A stretch of DNA of 64,000 bases from an uncultured bacterium (GTDB lineage Bacteria; Krumholzibacteriota; Krumholzibacteriia; LZORAL124-64-63), in assembly GCA_963732385.1 (NCBI GenBank), contig CAVSZB010000007.1, forward strand, positions 256,001 through 320,000, given 5' to 3'. The notes under the pieces were generated by a model. It worked only from the letters and a program-made list of their open reading frames with translations. It searched no databases and was not told where the DNA came from. The position numbers were made by a program, and so were the translations under genes. Positions 51,696-60,687 of this stretch are shown here, in pieces (within the stretch, counting starts at the first letter, position 1; each line of letters begins with the position of its first letter).

Positions 51696-52550
51696 GTGTA
51701 CGAGGTGGAATTGAGCAGCGACCGCCGCGAGGATCAGAGTCTCCAGCACTATCTGCAGACTATCGGCCGCTACAAGCTGCTGACAAAGGAAGAGGAATTC
51801 GAACTCGCCCGTCGCATCCGGCGGGGGGACAAGGAAGCCCTTGACCACCTTGTCAACGCGAACCTGCGTTTCGTGGTGAGCGTCGCCAAGAAGTTTCTCA
51901 ATCACGGACTCGGCTACATGGACCTGATCGCCGAGGGCAATATCGGCCTCATCACGGCGGCAAAGCGTTTTGATGAACGCCGTGATTTCCGCTTCATTTC
52001 CTACGCCGTCTGGTGGATCCGGCAGGCCATCCAGAAGGCGATCGCCGAGCAGACCAACACGGTGCGCCTGCCGATCAACCGCACGCAGCAGGCGCAGAAA
52101 ATGAAGCGCGTGGCGCAGACACTCGAGCAGAAATACAAGCGCCGGGTCAATGAGAACGAGATCGCCGACGTTCTTAATCTCACCCCGCGCAAGATGCATC
52201 AGATCCGTTCCGCGAGCCGTCCCCTGATCAGCATTGACGAGAGCGTGTTCGATGATGATGTCTCGCTGTCCGAAACGCTGATGGACGCCGAGGCGCTGAA
52301 TCCCGAGCAGGGCTATATTGAAGGCGAACTCAGCACCGAGATGAGCACGGCCCTCAGCCTGCTCAGCCGGCGCGAACGCGAGATCGTCGTGCGCTACTAC
52401 GGTCTGGGCGACGAGGATCCGGCTTCGCTCGAGATGATCGGGCAGGACATCAATCTTTCGCGCGAGCGGGTGCGGCAGATCCGTAACCAGGCGCTCTCCA
52501 GGATCCGTCACGCGGTGGCGGGGGAGAAGCTGCTCGACTACCTCACGTAG
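51696..52550 (+). CDS. RNA polymerase sigma factor, RpoD/SigA family, lacking region 1.1
   Basis: Region 1.2 (SLQHYLQTIG), ANLRFVVSVAK, FISYAVWWIRQAI, LSRERVRQI. Confidence 0.92.
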   Translation: MYEVELSSDRREDQSLQHYLQTIGRYKLLTKEEEFELARRIRRGDKEALDHLVNANLRFVVSVAKKFLNHGLGYMDLIAEGNIGLITAAKRFDERRDFRFISYAVWWIRQAIQKAIAEQTNTVRLPINRTQQAQKMKRVAQTLEQKYKRRVNENEIADVLNLTPRKMHQIRSASRPLISIDESVFDDDVSLSETLMDAEALNPEQGYIEGELSTEMSTALSLLSRREREIVVRYYGLGDEDPASLEMIGQDINLSRERVRQIRNQALSRIRHAVAGEKLLDYLT

Positions 52551-52670
52551 GCGGGCCCCAGCAGAGTCCACGGCCCGGCGCGCTCCGCGCGCCGGGCCGT
52601 TCGCTTGCGTGGCGGGGCGAAACCGGGTTGACACGGCCAGGCCCGCCGACTTAGTTTGTCTGCTCCGGGC

Positions 52671-52748
52671 GGGCGATTAGCTCAGCTTGGTTAGAGCGCT
52701 TGCTCGACACGCAAGAGGTCGGCAGTTCGAGTCTGCCATCGCCCACCA
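52671..52748 (+). tRNA. tRNA-Val(GAC)
   Basis: Cloverleaf; CTTGC-TCGACAC-GCAAG; ACCA end; TTGACA upstream at 52628. Confidence 0.95.
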
Positions 52749-52851
52749 GCAAACCCGATCGGACGACGACGAGGTGGCGCCCCGGGCATCACCTCGTCCT
52801 GTTTCTCCACTCGGTCAAGGCGCGGCCAGGTTGGCCGCGGGCGGTGTCACC

Positions 52852-54771
52852 ATGGCGAATGTCCAACTGATCCTGCCTGACGGCAAGCTTCTGGACGCGG
52901 CGCAGGGCGCCCCGTTCCGTGATGTGGTGCGAACGCTCGGCGAAGGGTTACTGCGCAGCGCGCTGGCGGTGACCGTCGACGGGGCCAACTACACGCTGGA
53001 TGACCCCGTGGACGCGGGGGGACACTTCACTGTGATCACGCGGGGGAGCGAGCCGGGCCTGGAGACGCTGCGCCATTCGGCCGCTCACCTGATGGCCTGG
53101 GCGGTCAGCGATCTTTTTCCGGGCGTGAAGTTCGCCTTCGGGCCGGCGATCGAGAGCGGTTTCTACTACGATTTCGAGCGGACGGCATCGTTCACCGAGG
53201 AGGACCTGGGCCGGATCGAGAAGCGGATGCGGGAGCTGGCAGCCGGCAAGCTTGTGGTGGAGCGCCGGGAACTGTCAGCGGACGAGGCCCGCCGGCTGTT
53301 CCCCGACCAGCCGTACAAGCTGGAGCAGATAGCGAGTCTCGGCGACGTGCGACTGACCGTCTATAGGATGGGGGATTTTCTCGATCTCTGTGAGGGCCCG
53401 CACGTGCCGTCGACCGGCGAGTTGAAGGCTTTCAAGCTGCTGAGCGTCGCCGGCGCCTACTGGCGCGGCGACAGCAGTCGACCGATGCTGCAGCGCATCT
53501 ACGGCACCGCCTTCTTCAAGCAGGCGGAACTCGACGCGCACCTGACGCTGCTCGAGGAGGCCCGCAAGCGTGACCACCGCAGGCTCGGCCGGGAGCTGGA
53601 CCTCTTCGGCATCATGGACGAGGCAGGACCCGGTCTTACCTACTGGTTCCCCCGCGGGGACATTCTGCGCGAGCAGATCATAGACTACTGGAAGCAGGTT
53701 CACCGCGCGCGCGGTTACGTCACCGTGACCACGCCTCACATCTCGCTGGCCGATCTGTGGGAAACTTCCGGTCACATGCAGTTTTACCGCGAGAACATGT
53801 ACATCTTCGAGCAGGACGAGCGGCCGTACGTCGTCAAACCGATGAACTGCCCGGGGCACATCCTCATCTACAAGCGGCAGACCCGCAGTTATCGCCACCT
53901 GCCACTGCGTTACGCGGAACTGGGCACGGTCTATCGGGCCGAACTCAAGGGGACGCTGCACGGTCTGTTGCGGGTACGCGGTTTCACCCAGGACGACGCG
54001 CACATCTTCTGCACGCCGGAGCAACTCGAAGACGAGGTCAGCGGCGTGCTCGATCTCACGAAAGAGATTCTTAACACCTTCGGGTTCCGCGAGTTCAAGG
54101 TCGAACTGTCCGTCCGCGATCCTGCCAACAAGAGCAAGTACGCCGGCAGTGACGAGGAGTGGGAGGCGGCGGAACGGTCGCTCGTGAAGGCCCTGGCTGT
54201 GCACGACCTGGCCTACAGCCGGGAAGAGGGTGAGGCGGTCTTCTACGGTCCGAAGATCGACGTGAAGCTGATCGACGCGATCGGCCGCAAGTGGCAGGCC
54301 ACGACCGTGCAGTTCGATTTCAATCTGCCGCGGCGTTTCGGCGTCACCTACGTGGATGCCGGAGGACAGGAACAGTACGCCTACATGGTGCATCGGGCGA
54401 TCCTGGGCTCGCTGGAACGGTTCATCGGGGTCCTGACCGAGCACCACGCGGGCGATTTCCCGCTCTGGCTCGCGCCCGAGCAGGTTCGCGTGCTGAGCGT
54501 GAGCCGGGAGCAGCAGGTCTTCGCCGAGAAACTTGCGGAACGGCTGCGGTCCGCCGGTCTGCGGGCCGGCGTGGATGCGCGGGACGAGAAGATCGGCTTC
54601 AAGATCCGCGAGGCGGAACTGCTGCGGGTGCCGTACATGCTGGTCGTCGGGCGGCGAGAGGCGGAGGCGGACACCGTTGCGGTGCGGGCCCGTCGGGGCG
54701 AAGATCTCGGGGTTCGTCCTGTGGCCGACCTGATCAGAGATCTGCTTGACGAAGCGGGAGCCAGACGGTAG
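52852..54771 (+). CDS. thrS: Threonine--tRNA ligase
   Basis: LRHSAAHL, DLCEGPH, KPMNCPGH, RVRGFTQDDAH, HRAILGS.ERF. Confidence 0.97.
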   Translation: MANVQLILPDGKLLDAAQGAPFRDVVRTLGEGLLRSALAVTVDGANYTLDDPVDAGGHFTVITRGSEPGLETLRHSAAHLMAWAVSDLFPGVKFAFGPAIESGFYYDFERTASFTEEDLGRIEKRMRELAAGKLVVERRELSADEARRLFPDQPYKLEQIASLGDVRLTVYRMGDFLDLCEGPHVPSTGELKAFKLLSVAGAYWRGDSSRPMLQRIYGTAFFKQAELDAHLTLLEEARKRDHRRLGRELDLFGIMDEAGPGLTYWFPRGDILREQIIDYWKQVHRARGYVTVTTPHISLADLWETSGHMQFYRENMYIFEQDERPYVVKPMNCPGHILIYKRQTRSYRHLPLRYAELGTVYRAELKGTLHGLLRVRGFTQDDAHIFCTPEQLEDEVSGVLDLTKEILNTFGFREFKVELSVRDPANKSKYAGSDEEWEAAERSLVKALAVHDLAYSREEGEAVFYGPKIDVKLIDAIGRKWQATTVQFDFNLPRRFGVTYVDAGGQEQYAYMVHRAILGSLERFIGVLTEHHAGDFPLWLAPEQVRVLSVSREQQVFAEKLAERLRSAGLRAGVDARDEKIGFKIREAELLRVPYMLVVGRREAEADTVAVRARRGEDLGVRPVADLIRDLLDEAGARR

Positions 54772-54823
54772 ATTGGTCCTGATCTCAAACGGGCCGGGTG
54801 CCGGGCGCCCGGACAAACGAGGC

Positions 54824-54912
54824 AAGCAGAGGCCCGCGGCCTCTCACCGTTGGCGGCCTTTCGGGGAAGCAACGGTTGGTACTCGCGCGGGCCATCGTGT
54901 CCGCTTTTTTCA
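54824..54912 (+). promoter_or_regulatory. Ribosomal protein L20 leader-like RNA
   Basis: AAGCAGAGGC-CCGCG-GCCTCTCACC hairpin, a second stem, a complementary GCGGGCC and a T-run, upstream of infC-rpmI-rplT. Confidence 0.7.
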
Positions 54913-54964
54913 TTTGGGAGCCGGTTGACCTGCCGGCCCCGCGATCCCGGGGAGGTGGAGGGTT

Positions 54965-55504
54965 ATCAACGGCAGCACCCGGAACACCAAGACCATCCGC
55001 GTGAATCGCATGATCAAGATTCCCCGCATTCTCGTGGTGGACGAGAACGGGGAGCAGTTGGGCGTGCTCGACACGATGGCCGCTCTGGCGATCGCGGAGG
55101 AGCGGGGTCTCGACCTGGTCGAGGTGGCGCCCATGGCGCGCCCGCCCGTCTGCCGGATCATGGACTATGGCAAGTACAAGTACGAACTGAGCAAGAAGGC
55201 GCGCCGGACGCGGCAGCAGTCGCATGTGCAGAAGGTCAAGACGATCAAGTTCCGGCCCAAGACCGACGAGCACGACTACAACTTCAAAAAGAACCACATC
55301 GTCGAGTTTCTGCAGGACGGCGACAAAGTCCGGGTGATCATGCAATTCCGCGGCCGTGAGATCTCGCACATGGATCTTGGTCTGCAGTTCCTCGAGCATC
55401 TGGTGGCGGAGATCGCTGAGCACGGAACGCCCGAGAGTCATCCGCAGATCGAGGGGCGTACTGTGACGTTCATCGTGGCTCCCAAGAAGGGCGCCGGGTC
55501 TTAG
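54965..55504 (+). CDS. infC: Translation initiation factor IF-3 (probable ATC start)
   Basis: LDLVEVAP..RPPVCRIMDYGKYKY, GDKV, FRGRE; in-frame ATC follows GGAGG. Confidence 0.94.
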   Translation: MNGSTRNTKTIRVNRMIKIPRILVVDENGEQLGVLDTMAALAIAEERGLDLVEVAPMARPPVCRIMDYGKYKYELSKKARRTRQQSHVQKVKTIKFRPKTDEHDYNFKKNHIVEFLQDGDKVRVIMQFRGREISHMDLGLQFLEHLVAEIAEHGTPESHPQIEGRTVTFIVAPKKGAGS

Positions 55505-55596
55505 CTGGTGATCCGCGCCACCCCGGTCTCCGACCGGCAGGGCGCCGGCAGTTCCCCGCGCGGGGAACCCCGTGAATCCGAGAAAGGCAGCGCAGC

Positions 55597-55800
55597 ATGG
55601 CGAAGGTGAAGATGAAAACAAACCGGTCCGCGGCGAAGCGGTTCCGGGTGACCGGCACGGGCAGGATCAAGCGGGAGCACGCCTATCACGGGCATCTCTT
55701 CGAGGCCAAGAGCCCGAAGCGCAAGCGTAACCTCCGCAAGTCGGCGATGCTCGCACCGGCCGATGAGTCGCGCGTGAAGAGGATGCTCGGCAAGGGATGA
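55597..55800 (+). CDS. rpmI: 50S ribosomal protein L35
   Basis: KMKTNRSAAKRFRVTGTG. Confidence 0.96.
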   Translation: MAKVKMKTNRSAAKRFRVTGTGRIKREHAYHGHLFEAKSPKRKRNLRKSAMLAPADESRVKRMLGKG

Positions 55801-55851
55801 CCGCGTTGCCGCGGAATGGGAATCGTGGACGACTTCTTGGAGGCTTGATTC

Positions 55852-56205
55852 ATGTCGCGGTCAAAGAACAACCCCGCAGCCAAGCATCGGCATAATAAGG
55901 TCCTCGCTCGCGCCAAGGGCTGCTACGCGGGCAGGCGCACGCAGTTTGTCGCTGCGCGGGAAACCACGGAGAGGGCACTGGCGTACGCCTATCGCGATCG
56001 CAAGGCGCGCAAGCGGGACTTCCGGCGTCTCTGGATCATCCGCATCAATGCGGCGGCGCGGTTGAACGGGCTCAGTTACAACAATTTCATCAACGGTCTC
56101 AAGTGCGCGAAGATCGAGATCGATCGCAAGATCCTCGCGGACATGGCAGTGCGCGATGCCACCGGATTCGCCCGGTTGGCGGCCATTGCGAAGACCGCCA
56201 AGTAG
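55852..56205 (+). CDS. rplT: 50S ribosomal protein L20
   Basis: [31 protein letters not shown]. Confidence 0.97.
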   Translation: MSRSKNNPAAKHRHNKVLARAKGCYAGRRTQFVAARETTERALAYAYRDRKARKRDFRRLWIIRINAAARLNGLSYNNFINGLKCAKIEIDRKILADMAVRDATGFARLAAIAKTAK

Positions 56206-56242
56206 CCCGGCTCGCCTTGCCACGTGCCCAGGAAGGGACCCC

Positions 56243-57274
56243 ATGGGCGCCACGGATGAAGTTATTGACCGTCTCCGCGAGGAGGGGTTGGCGCGGCTTG
56301 CCCTGATCGCGGTCGCGGCTGACATCGAGTCGGCGCGCGTGGCGCTGTTCGGGCGCAAGAGTCAGCTCACCCAGGCCCTGCGCAGTCTGCGGGAACTGCC
56401 CGCAGACGAGCGTCCGGGGGCGGGAGATGCGCTCAACCGGCTCAAAGACGAATTGACGGCGCTGATCGAAGAGCGGGCGCGCCTGCTGGTTCCGGCGGCC
56501 GGCTCCGGCGGCCGGCTCGATCTGACCCTACCGGGACGACCGCCGGTGATCCCCGGCGCACTGCACCCTCTGCGGGGCGTGCTGGAAGAGATTTGCGACA
56601 TTTTCTACAGCATGGGTTTCGCCCGCGCCGAGGGGCCGGACGTCGAACTCGACTACTATAATTTCACGGCGCTCAACTTTCCCGACGATCACCCGGCCCG
56701 GGACAGTCAGGACACGTTCTATGTCAATGACGCCGTCTGTCTGCGCACTCAGACATCGCCGGCGCAGGTGCGGATCATGGAGCGCAACCAGCCGCCGCTC
56801 GCCTGCATCGTGCCGGGACGGGTCTACCGCAACGAGGCCAACGACGCTTCCCACGCGAGTGAGTTCTACCAGATTGAGGGGTTCTGCGTCGATCGGGACA
56901 TCAGCCTCGCCGACCTGCGCACCACGGTTGAGCAGTTCGTGCGTCGGTTCTTCGGCGAGGGGCGGCAACTCCGCTTCCGGCCGCATTTCTTCCCGTTCAC
57001 GGAGCCGTCCGTGGAAGTTGACATGACCTGCGCGGCGTGTGGCGGCTCGGGCTGCGGAGTCTGCGGGCGGACCGGCTGGCTGGAGATCATGGGGGCGGGC
57101 ATGATCCACCCCAGTGTCTTTGCCGCCGCCGGCTACCCCGTGGATGCCTGCACCGGCTATGCCTTCGGGCTGGGCATCGACCGGATCACCATGCTGCGGT
57201 ACGGCATCGAAGACATCCGCCTGCTCTACGAGAACGACCTGCGGTTCCTCTCGCAGTTCCGAGGTGTCTGGTGA
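56243..57274 (+). CDS. pheS: Phenylalanine--tRNA ligase alpha subunit
   Basis: HPARDSQDTFY, FPFTEPS, GYAFGLGIDR. Confidence 0.97.
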   Translation: MGATDEVIDRLREEGLARLALIAVAADIESARVALFGRKSQLTQALRSLRELPADERPGAGDALNRLKDELTALIEERARLLVPAAGSGGRLDLTLPGRPPVIPGALHPLRGVLEEICDIFYSMGFARAEGPDVELDYYNFTALNFPDDHPARDSQDTFYVNDAVCLRTQTSPAQVRIMERNQPPLACIVPGRVYRNEANDASHASEFYQIEGFCVDRDISLADLRTTVEQFVRRFFGEGRQLRFRPHFFPFTEPSVEVDMTCAACGGSGCGVCGRTGWLEIMGAGMIHPSVFAAAGYPVDACTGYAFGLGIDRITMLRYGIEDIRLLYENDLRFLSQFRGVW

Positions 57275-59727
57275 AGATCAGTCTGGACTGGCTCCGTGAT
57301 TTCGTGGCCTGGCCGGGCGATGCTCAGGAACTGGCGGCGCGCCTGACGATGAGCGGGCTCAATGTCGAGCGGGTGGAGGAGTTCGCCATCACCCTGCCGG
57401 GCGTGGTGGTCGCGCATGTGCTCGACGTGCAGCGACACCCCCAGGCCGACAAGCTGAGCGTTTGCCAGGTCCACGACGGCGCGCGCACTCTGACCGTCGT
57501 GTGCGGCGCTCCCAACGTGCGGGCCGATCAGCGCGTGCTGTTGGCTGTCCCCGGCGCGGAACTGCCTGGCGGAGTGAAGATCAAGGCCGCACGTATCCGG
57601 GGAACCGAGAGCCACGGCATGATCTGCTCGGCGCGGGAACTCGGGCTTGGCGGAGAGGGCGGCGGCATCATGGAACTGCCGGAGGCCGCGCGCCCCGGCA
57701 CGCCGGCCGACGCTTTGTACGGGTTCCGCGATCAGGTGCTCGACATCGAGGTCACCCCCAACCGGCCCGACTGGCTCAGCCATTTCGGAGTGGCGCGCGA
57801 GGTGGCCGCGCTCACTCGCGCCATTCTGGGCGCTCCCGTGCTCTGGACGCCGCCCAAGTCCGGCAGCGAACGCCTCGATTGGGCGGTCGATATCGAGAGT
57901 TTCACCGACTGTCCCCGCTACACGGCGCACCTCGCGCGGTCCTTGTGCGTGGGCCCGTCGCCCGATTTCATACGCAACCGCCTGCTGGCCATCGGGCAGC
58001 GGCCGACCAACAACGTGGTCGACATCACGAACTACGTCATGTTCGAACTGGGCCAGCCGCTGCATGCGTTCGACCGGGCGAAGCTCAGCGGCACGCGGCT
58101 GTCCGTCAGGCGCGCCGCTGCCGGCACGCAGTTCGAAGCGCTCGACGGGCGCAACCTCACGCTTGGAGAGGACCATCTTGTCATCGCTGACTCGGCGGGG
58201 GCGGTGGCGCTGGCCGGCGTAATGGGCGGCGCGCGGAGCGAGGTCGACGATGGCACCGTCGAGGTCCTGCTCGAGAGCGCCTATTTCCAGCCGCTGCTCG
58301 TACGTCGCGCCGCGCGCGTCCTTGGTCTCACTTCGGAGAGTTCCTACCGGTTCGAACGCGAGGCCGACTGGCAGATGGTGGAAAAGGCGGCGCAGCGCGC
58401 GCTTCACCTGCTGCAGCAGCACGCCGGGGCGCGTATCGTGCCCGACCGGGTGGACCGGCAGAATCCGGACCGGGAGGCGCAGCCGTCGATTCCGCTGCGC
58501 ATCGCCCAGGTCAACCGCCTGCTCGGCACGGAGCTCGAAACGACGGAGGTCGTGACCGCACTGCAGGCGCTGGACCTGACGGTCGTGCCGCTCGGACAGG
58601 TGCGCAATCGCAAGAGTGGCTCCGCCAATCTGATGGTGGCGATTCCGTCCTTCCGGCGCGACCTGCATGCCGAGGTGGACCTGATCGAAGAAATTGCGCG
58701 GGTGAGGGGATTCGACACCATTCCGGTGCGGGAAGCTTTCCGCGGAGGGGGAGGGGCGTCGCGGCGGCCGGTGGATCTGGCGCGGGAGCGCACGCGAGGG
58801 TTCCTGAGCGCTTCCGGGTACACCGAAATCATTACGTCGTCGTTCATGGGGCGTGACGATCTCGACCGTCTGTCCCTGGCCGCGGATGATCCTCGGCGCG
58901 ACTGTCTCGCTGTCCGCAACGCCTGCCAGGGAGGAGACCTGCTCCTGCGCACCTCGCTCACGCCGGCGCTGTTGCGGATCATCTGCCGGAACGTGAATGC
59001 CGACTGCGACCTGCCGGTGCGGCTGTTCCAGACCCACAGGATTTTCCTCCCTTCCGACGGCCGTCCGGTGGATGCCCGGCGGGACGAAGAGGATCTTTTG
59101 CCTCGGGAATCGCTGCGTCTGCAGTTCGCGGTGTGTGGTCGGCAGGACGTTCTGGCGGAGGGTGTTCCGGCCGATCTGTTCGAAATCAAGGGCCTCGTGG
59201 CATCTCTGGCGGAACAGCTCGGGGTGGCGATCACGGTGGAACCGGGAGCTGCCGAGCCCTGGTTGGCCGAGGGCCGGCAGTGGACGCTGCGACGTCGTGA
59301 CGGCTCTGTTGCAGGCGTCGCCGGCTCCGTGACACCGGCCACGCTGGCAGCCTACGGCCTCGAATTGCCAGTTGTGATGGCCGAAATGGCGCTCTCGGAG
59401 TTGCCGGCAGAAACGTCCACTTTTAGCTACCGCCCGTTTTCCCGCTTTCCGGCCGTGAAAAGGGACCTCTCCCTCATCGTTCCCGACGGGGTGCCGTTCG
59501 CCAGCGTCGGGGCTACGGTGAGGGAATTGGGCGGTGAATTGCTCGAGAGCGTGGAACTCTTTGATATTTATCGAGGTAAGGGAATCGATCTCAACGCCGC
59601 CGCGTTGGGAATTCGCTTGAAGTTCCGGTCGGCTAAAAGTAACCTCAAAGGCACGGCGGTGGATAAATCGCTCGCCCTGATCACGGCGGCGCTCGACGAA
59701 CGTCATGGTGTGCGGCTGCGGGCCTGA
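57271..59727 (+). CDS. pheT: Phenylalanine--tRNA ligase beta subunit
   Basis: HPQADKL, VCGAPNV, TPNRPD, DLIEEIAR, SRFPAVKRDLS. Confidence 0.97.
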   Translation: MKISLDWLRDFVAWPGDAQELAARLTMSGLNVERVEEFAITLPGVVVAHVLDVQRHPQADKLSVCQVHDGARTLTVVCGAPNVRADQRVLLAVPGAELPGGVKIKAARIRGTESHGMICSARELGLGGEGGGIMELPEAARPGTPADALYGFRDQVLDIEVTPNRPDWLSHFGVAREVAALTRAILGAPVLWTPPKSGSERLDWAVDIESFTDCPRYTAHLARSLCVGPSPDFIRNRLLAIGQRPTNNVVDITNYVMFELGQPLHAFDRAKLSGTRLSVRRAAAGTQFEALDGRNLTLGEDHLVIADSAGAVALAGVMGGARSEVDDGTVEVLLESAYFQPLLVRRAARVLGLTSESSYRFEREADWQMVEKAAQRALHLLQQHAGARIVPDRVDRQNPDREAQPSIPLRIAQVNRLLGTELETTEVVTALQALDLTVVPLGQVRNRKSGSANLMVAIPSFRRDLHAEVDLIEEIARVRGFDTIPVREAFRGGGGASRRPVDLARERTRGFLSASGYTEIITSSFMGRDDLDRLSLAADDPRRDCLAVRNACQGGDLLLRTSLTPALLRIICRNVNADCDLPVRLFQTHRIFLPSDGRPVDARRDEEDLLPRESLRLQFAVCGRQDVLAEGVPADLFEIKGLVASLAEQLGVAITVEPGAAEPWLAEGRQWTLRRRDGSVAGVAGSVTPATLAAYGLELPVVMAEMALSELPAETSTFSYRPFSRFPAVKRDLSLIVPDGVPFASVGATVRELGGELLESVELFDIYRGKGIDLNAAALGIRLKFRSAKSNLKGTAVDKSLALITAALDERHGVRLRA

Positions 59728-59777
59728 GTTCGGCGGCGGTCGTCGGCGGTCGGCAACGGCTCGGATGGGACAATGTT

Positions 59778-60047
59778 ATGGAAGACAACCTGGAACGGCT
59801 GGAGGAGAAGGTACTCAAGGCGGTGCGGCTCATCCAGGAATTGCGGAGTGAGAACGACCGTCTTCAGCGGCAGCGCTCACAACTCGAGAGCGAGTTTGCC
59901 GCCCTGCACGAGCGGAGCGAGCGATTGGGCAGCGATCTCGAAGAGGCGCGCGCCGTCGCCGCGACCGTGGAGAATTTCGAGGAGCACAGGAAGATTATTG
60001 AGGAGAAGGTAGGAGGCCTTCTGGCGAAGCTCGACCAGATCGGGTGA
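59778..60047 (+). CDS. zapB: ZapB-like coiled-coil protein
   Basis: LERLEEKV..AV..I..LR.EN; precedes zapA. Confidence 0.7.
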   Translation: MEDNLERLEEKVLKAVRLIQELRSENDRLQRQRSQLESEFAALHERSERLGSDLEEARAVAATVENFEEHRKIIEEKVGGLLAKLDQIG

Positions 60048-60133
60048 CGGGCGCGGGCCGGGAATGGGCGCGCTCCACGTCGCTCGCAGCAGCCGCGAGC
60101 CGGAGGGCATCGCGGCGCAGGAAATGGTTGCGG

Positions 60134-60427
60134 ATGCTCGATCCACACAGCGTGACCGTTAACATCTATGGCCATGAGTACACCCTGAAAGGGGAGGCGG
60201 AACCGGAGTACGTCGAAAAGGTGGCCGAGTTCGTGGACCGCAAGATGCACGAAGTTGCGGGTAGTTCCACTCTCGTTTCGACCACCAAGATCGCGATTCT
60301 CGCGGCCATCAACGTTGCCGACGAGCTTTTTCGCGAGCGTCGCAAGCGCCAGGAGGCCCTGGCCCTGCTCGACGACAAGACCGGTCAGATCGCCACGCTT
60401 CTGGAACAGGAAATGGACAAGCTGTGA
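60134..60427 (+). CDS. zapA: Cell division protein ZapA
   Basis: VTVNIYGHEYTL, VDRKM, ILAAINVADELF. Confidence 0.9.
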   Translation: MLDPHSVTVNIYGHEYTLKGEAEPEYVEKVAEFVDRKMHEVAGSSTLVSTTKIAILAAINVADELFRERRKRQEALALLDDKTGQIATLLEQEMDKL

Positions 60428-60447
60428 GCCACCGCGGCCTGGAAATT

Positions 60448-60622
60448 GGATTCCCTGCTTGGCCCGTGATGCGCTGGGTTATTTGAGCCAACACCCAGTC
60501 AGCGGGACCCCGGGGTTCCCGCGTCGGAACAGCTCTTCGGAGGGTTCAGGCGAGGGACAGGGGACCCACCTGAAGCGATTAGGTTCAATTGCTTCTGGCG
60601 CACACGACCCGGCGGGGAATCC
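60448..60622 (+). ncRNA. ssrS: 6S RNA
   Basis: About 175 nt with complementary ends (GGATTCCCTGC/GCGGGGAATCC, CGTGATGCGC/GCGCACACG), between zapA and rny. Confidence 0.85.
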
Positions 60623-60687
60623 GAATTCTCCCTGTCGAGCTTTCTGATGGCCCGCCGTCTCCTCTCCTCCGGGGGAGAGGTATTCTG

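Noticed and set aside
52687..52851. N-terminal extension of thrS in the ORF track
   Set aside because: It overlaps tRNA-Val; the start is the ATG at 52852. Similar over-extensions were trimmed for pilM, sucC, pheT, rny and others.
57026..57066. CxxCxxxGCxxC insert in PheS
   Set aside because: Widespread in bacterial PheS; not novel.
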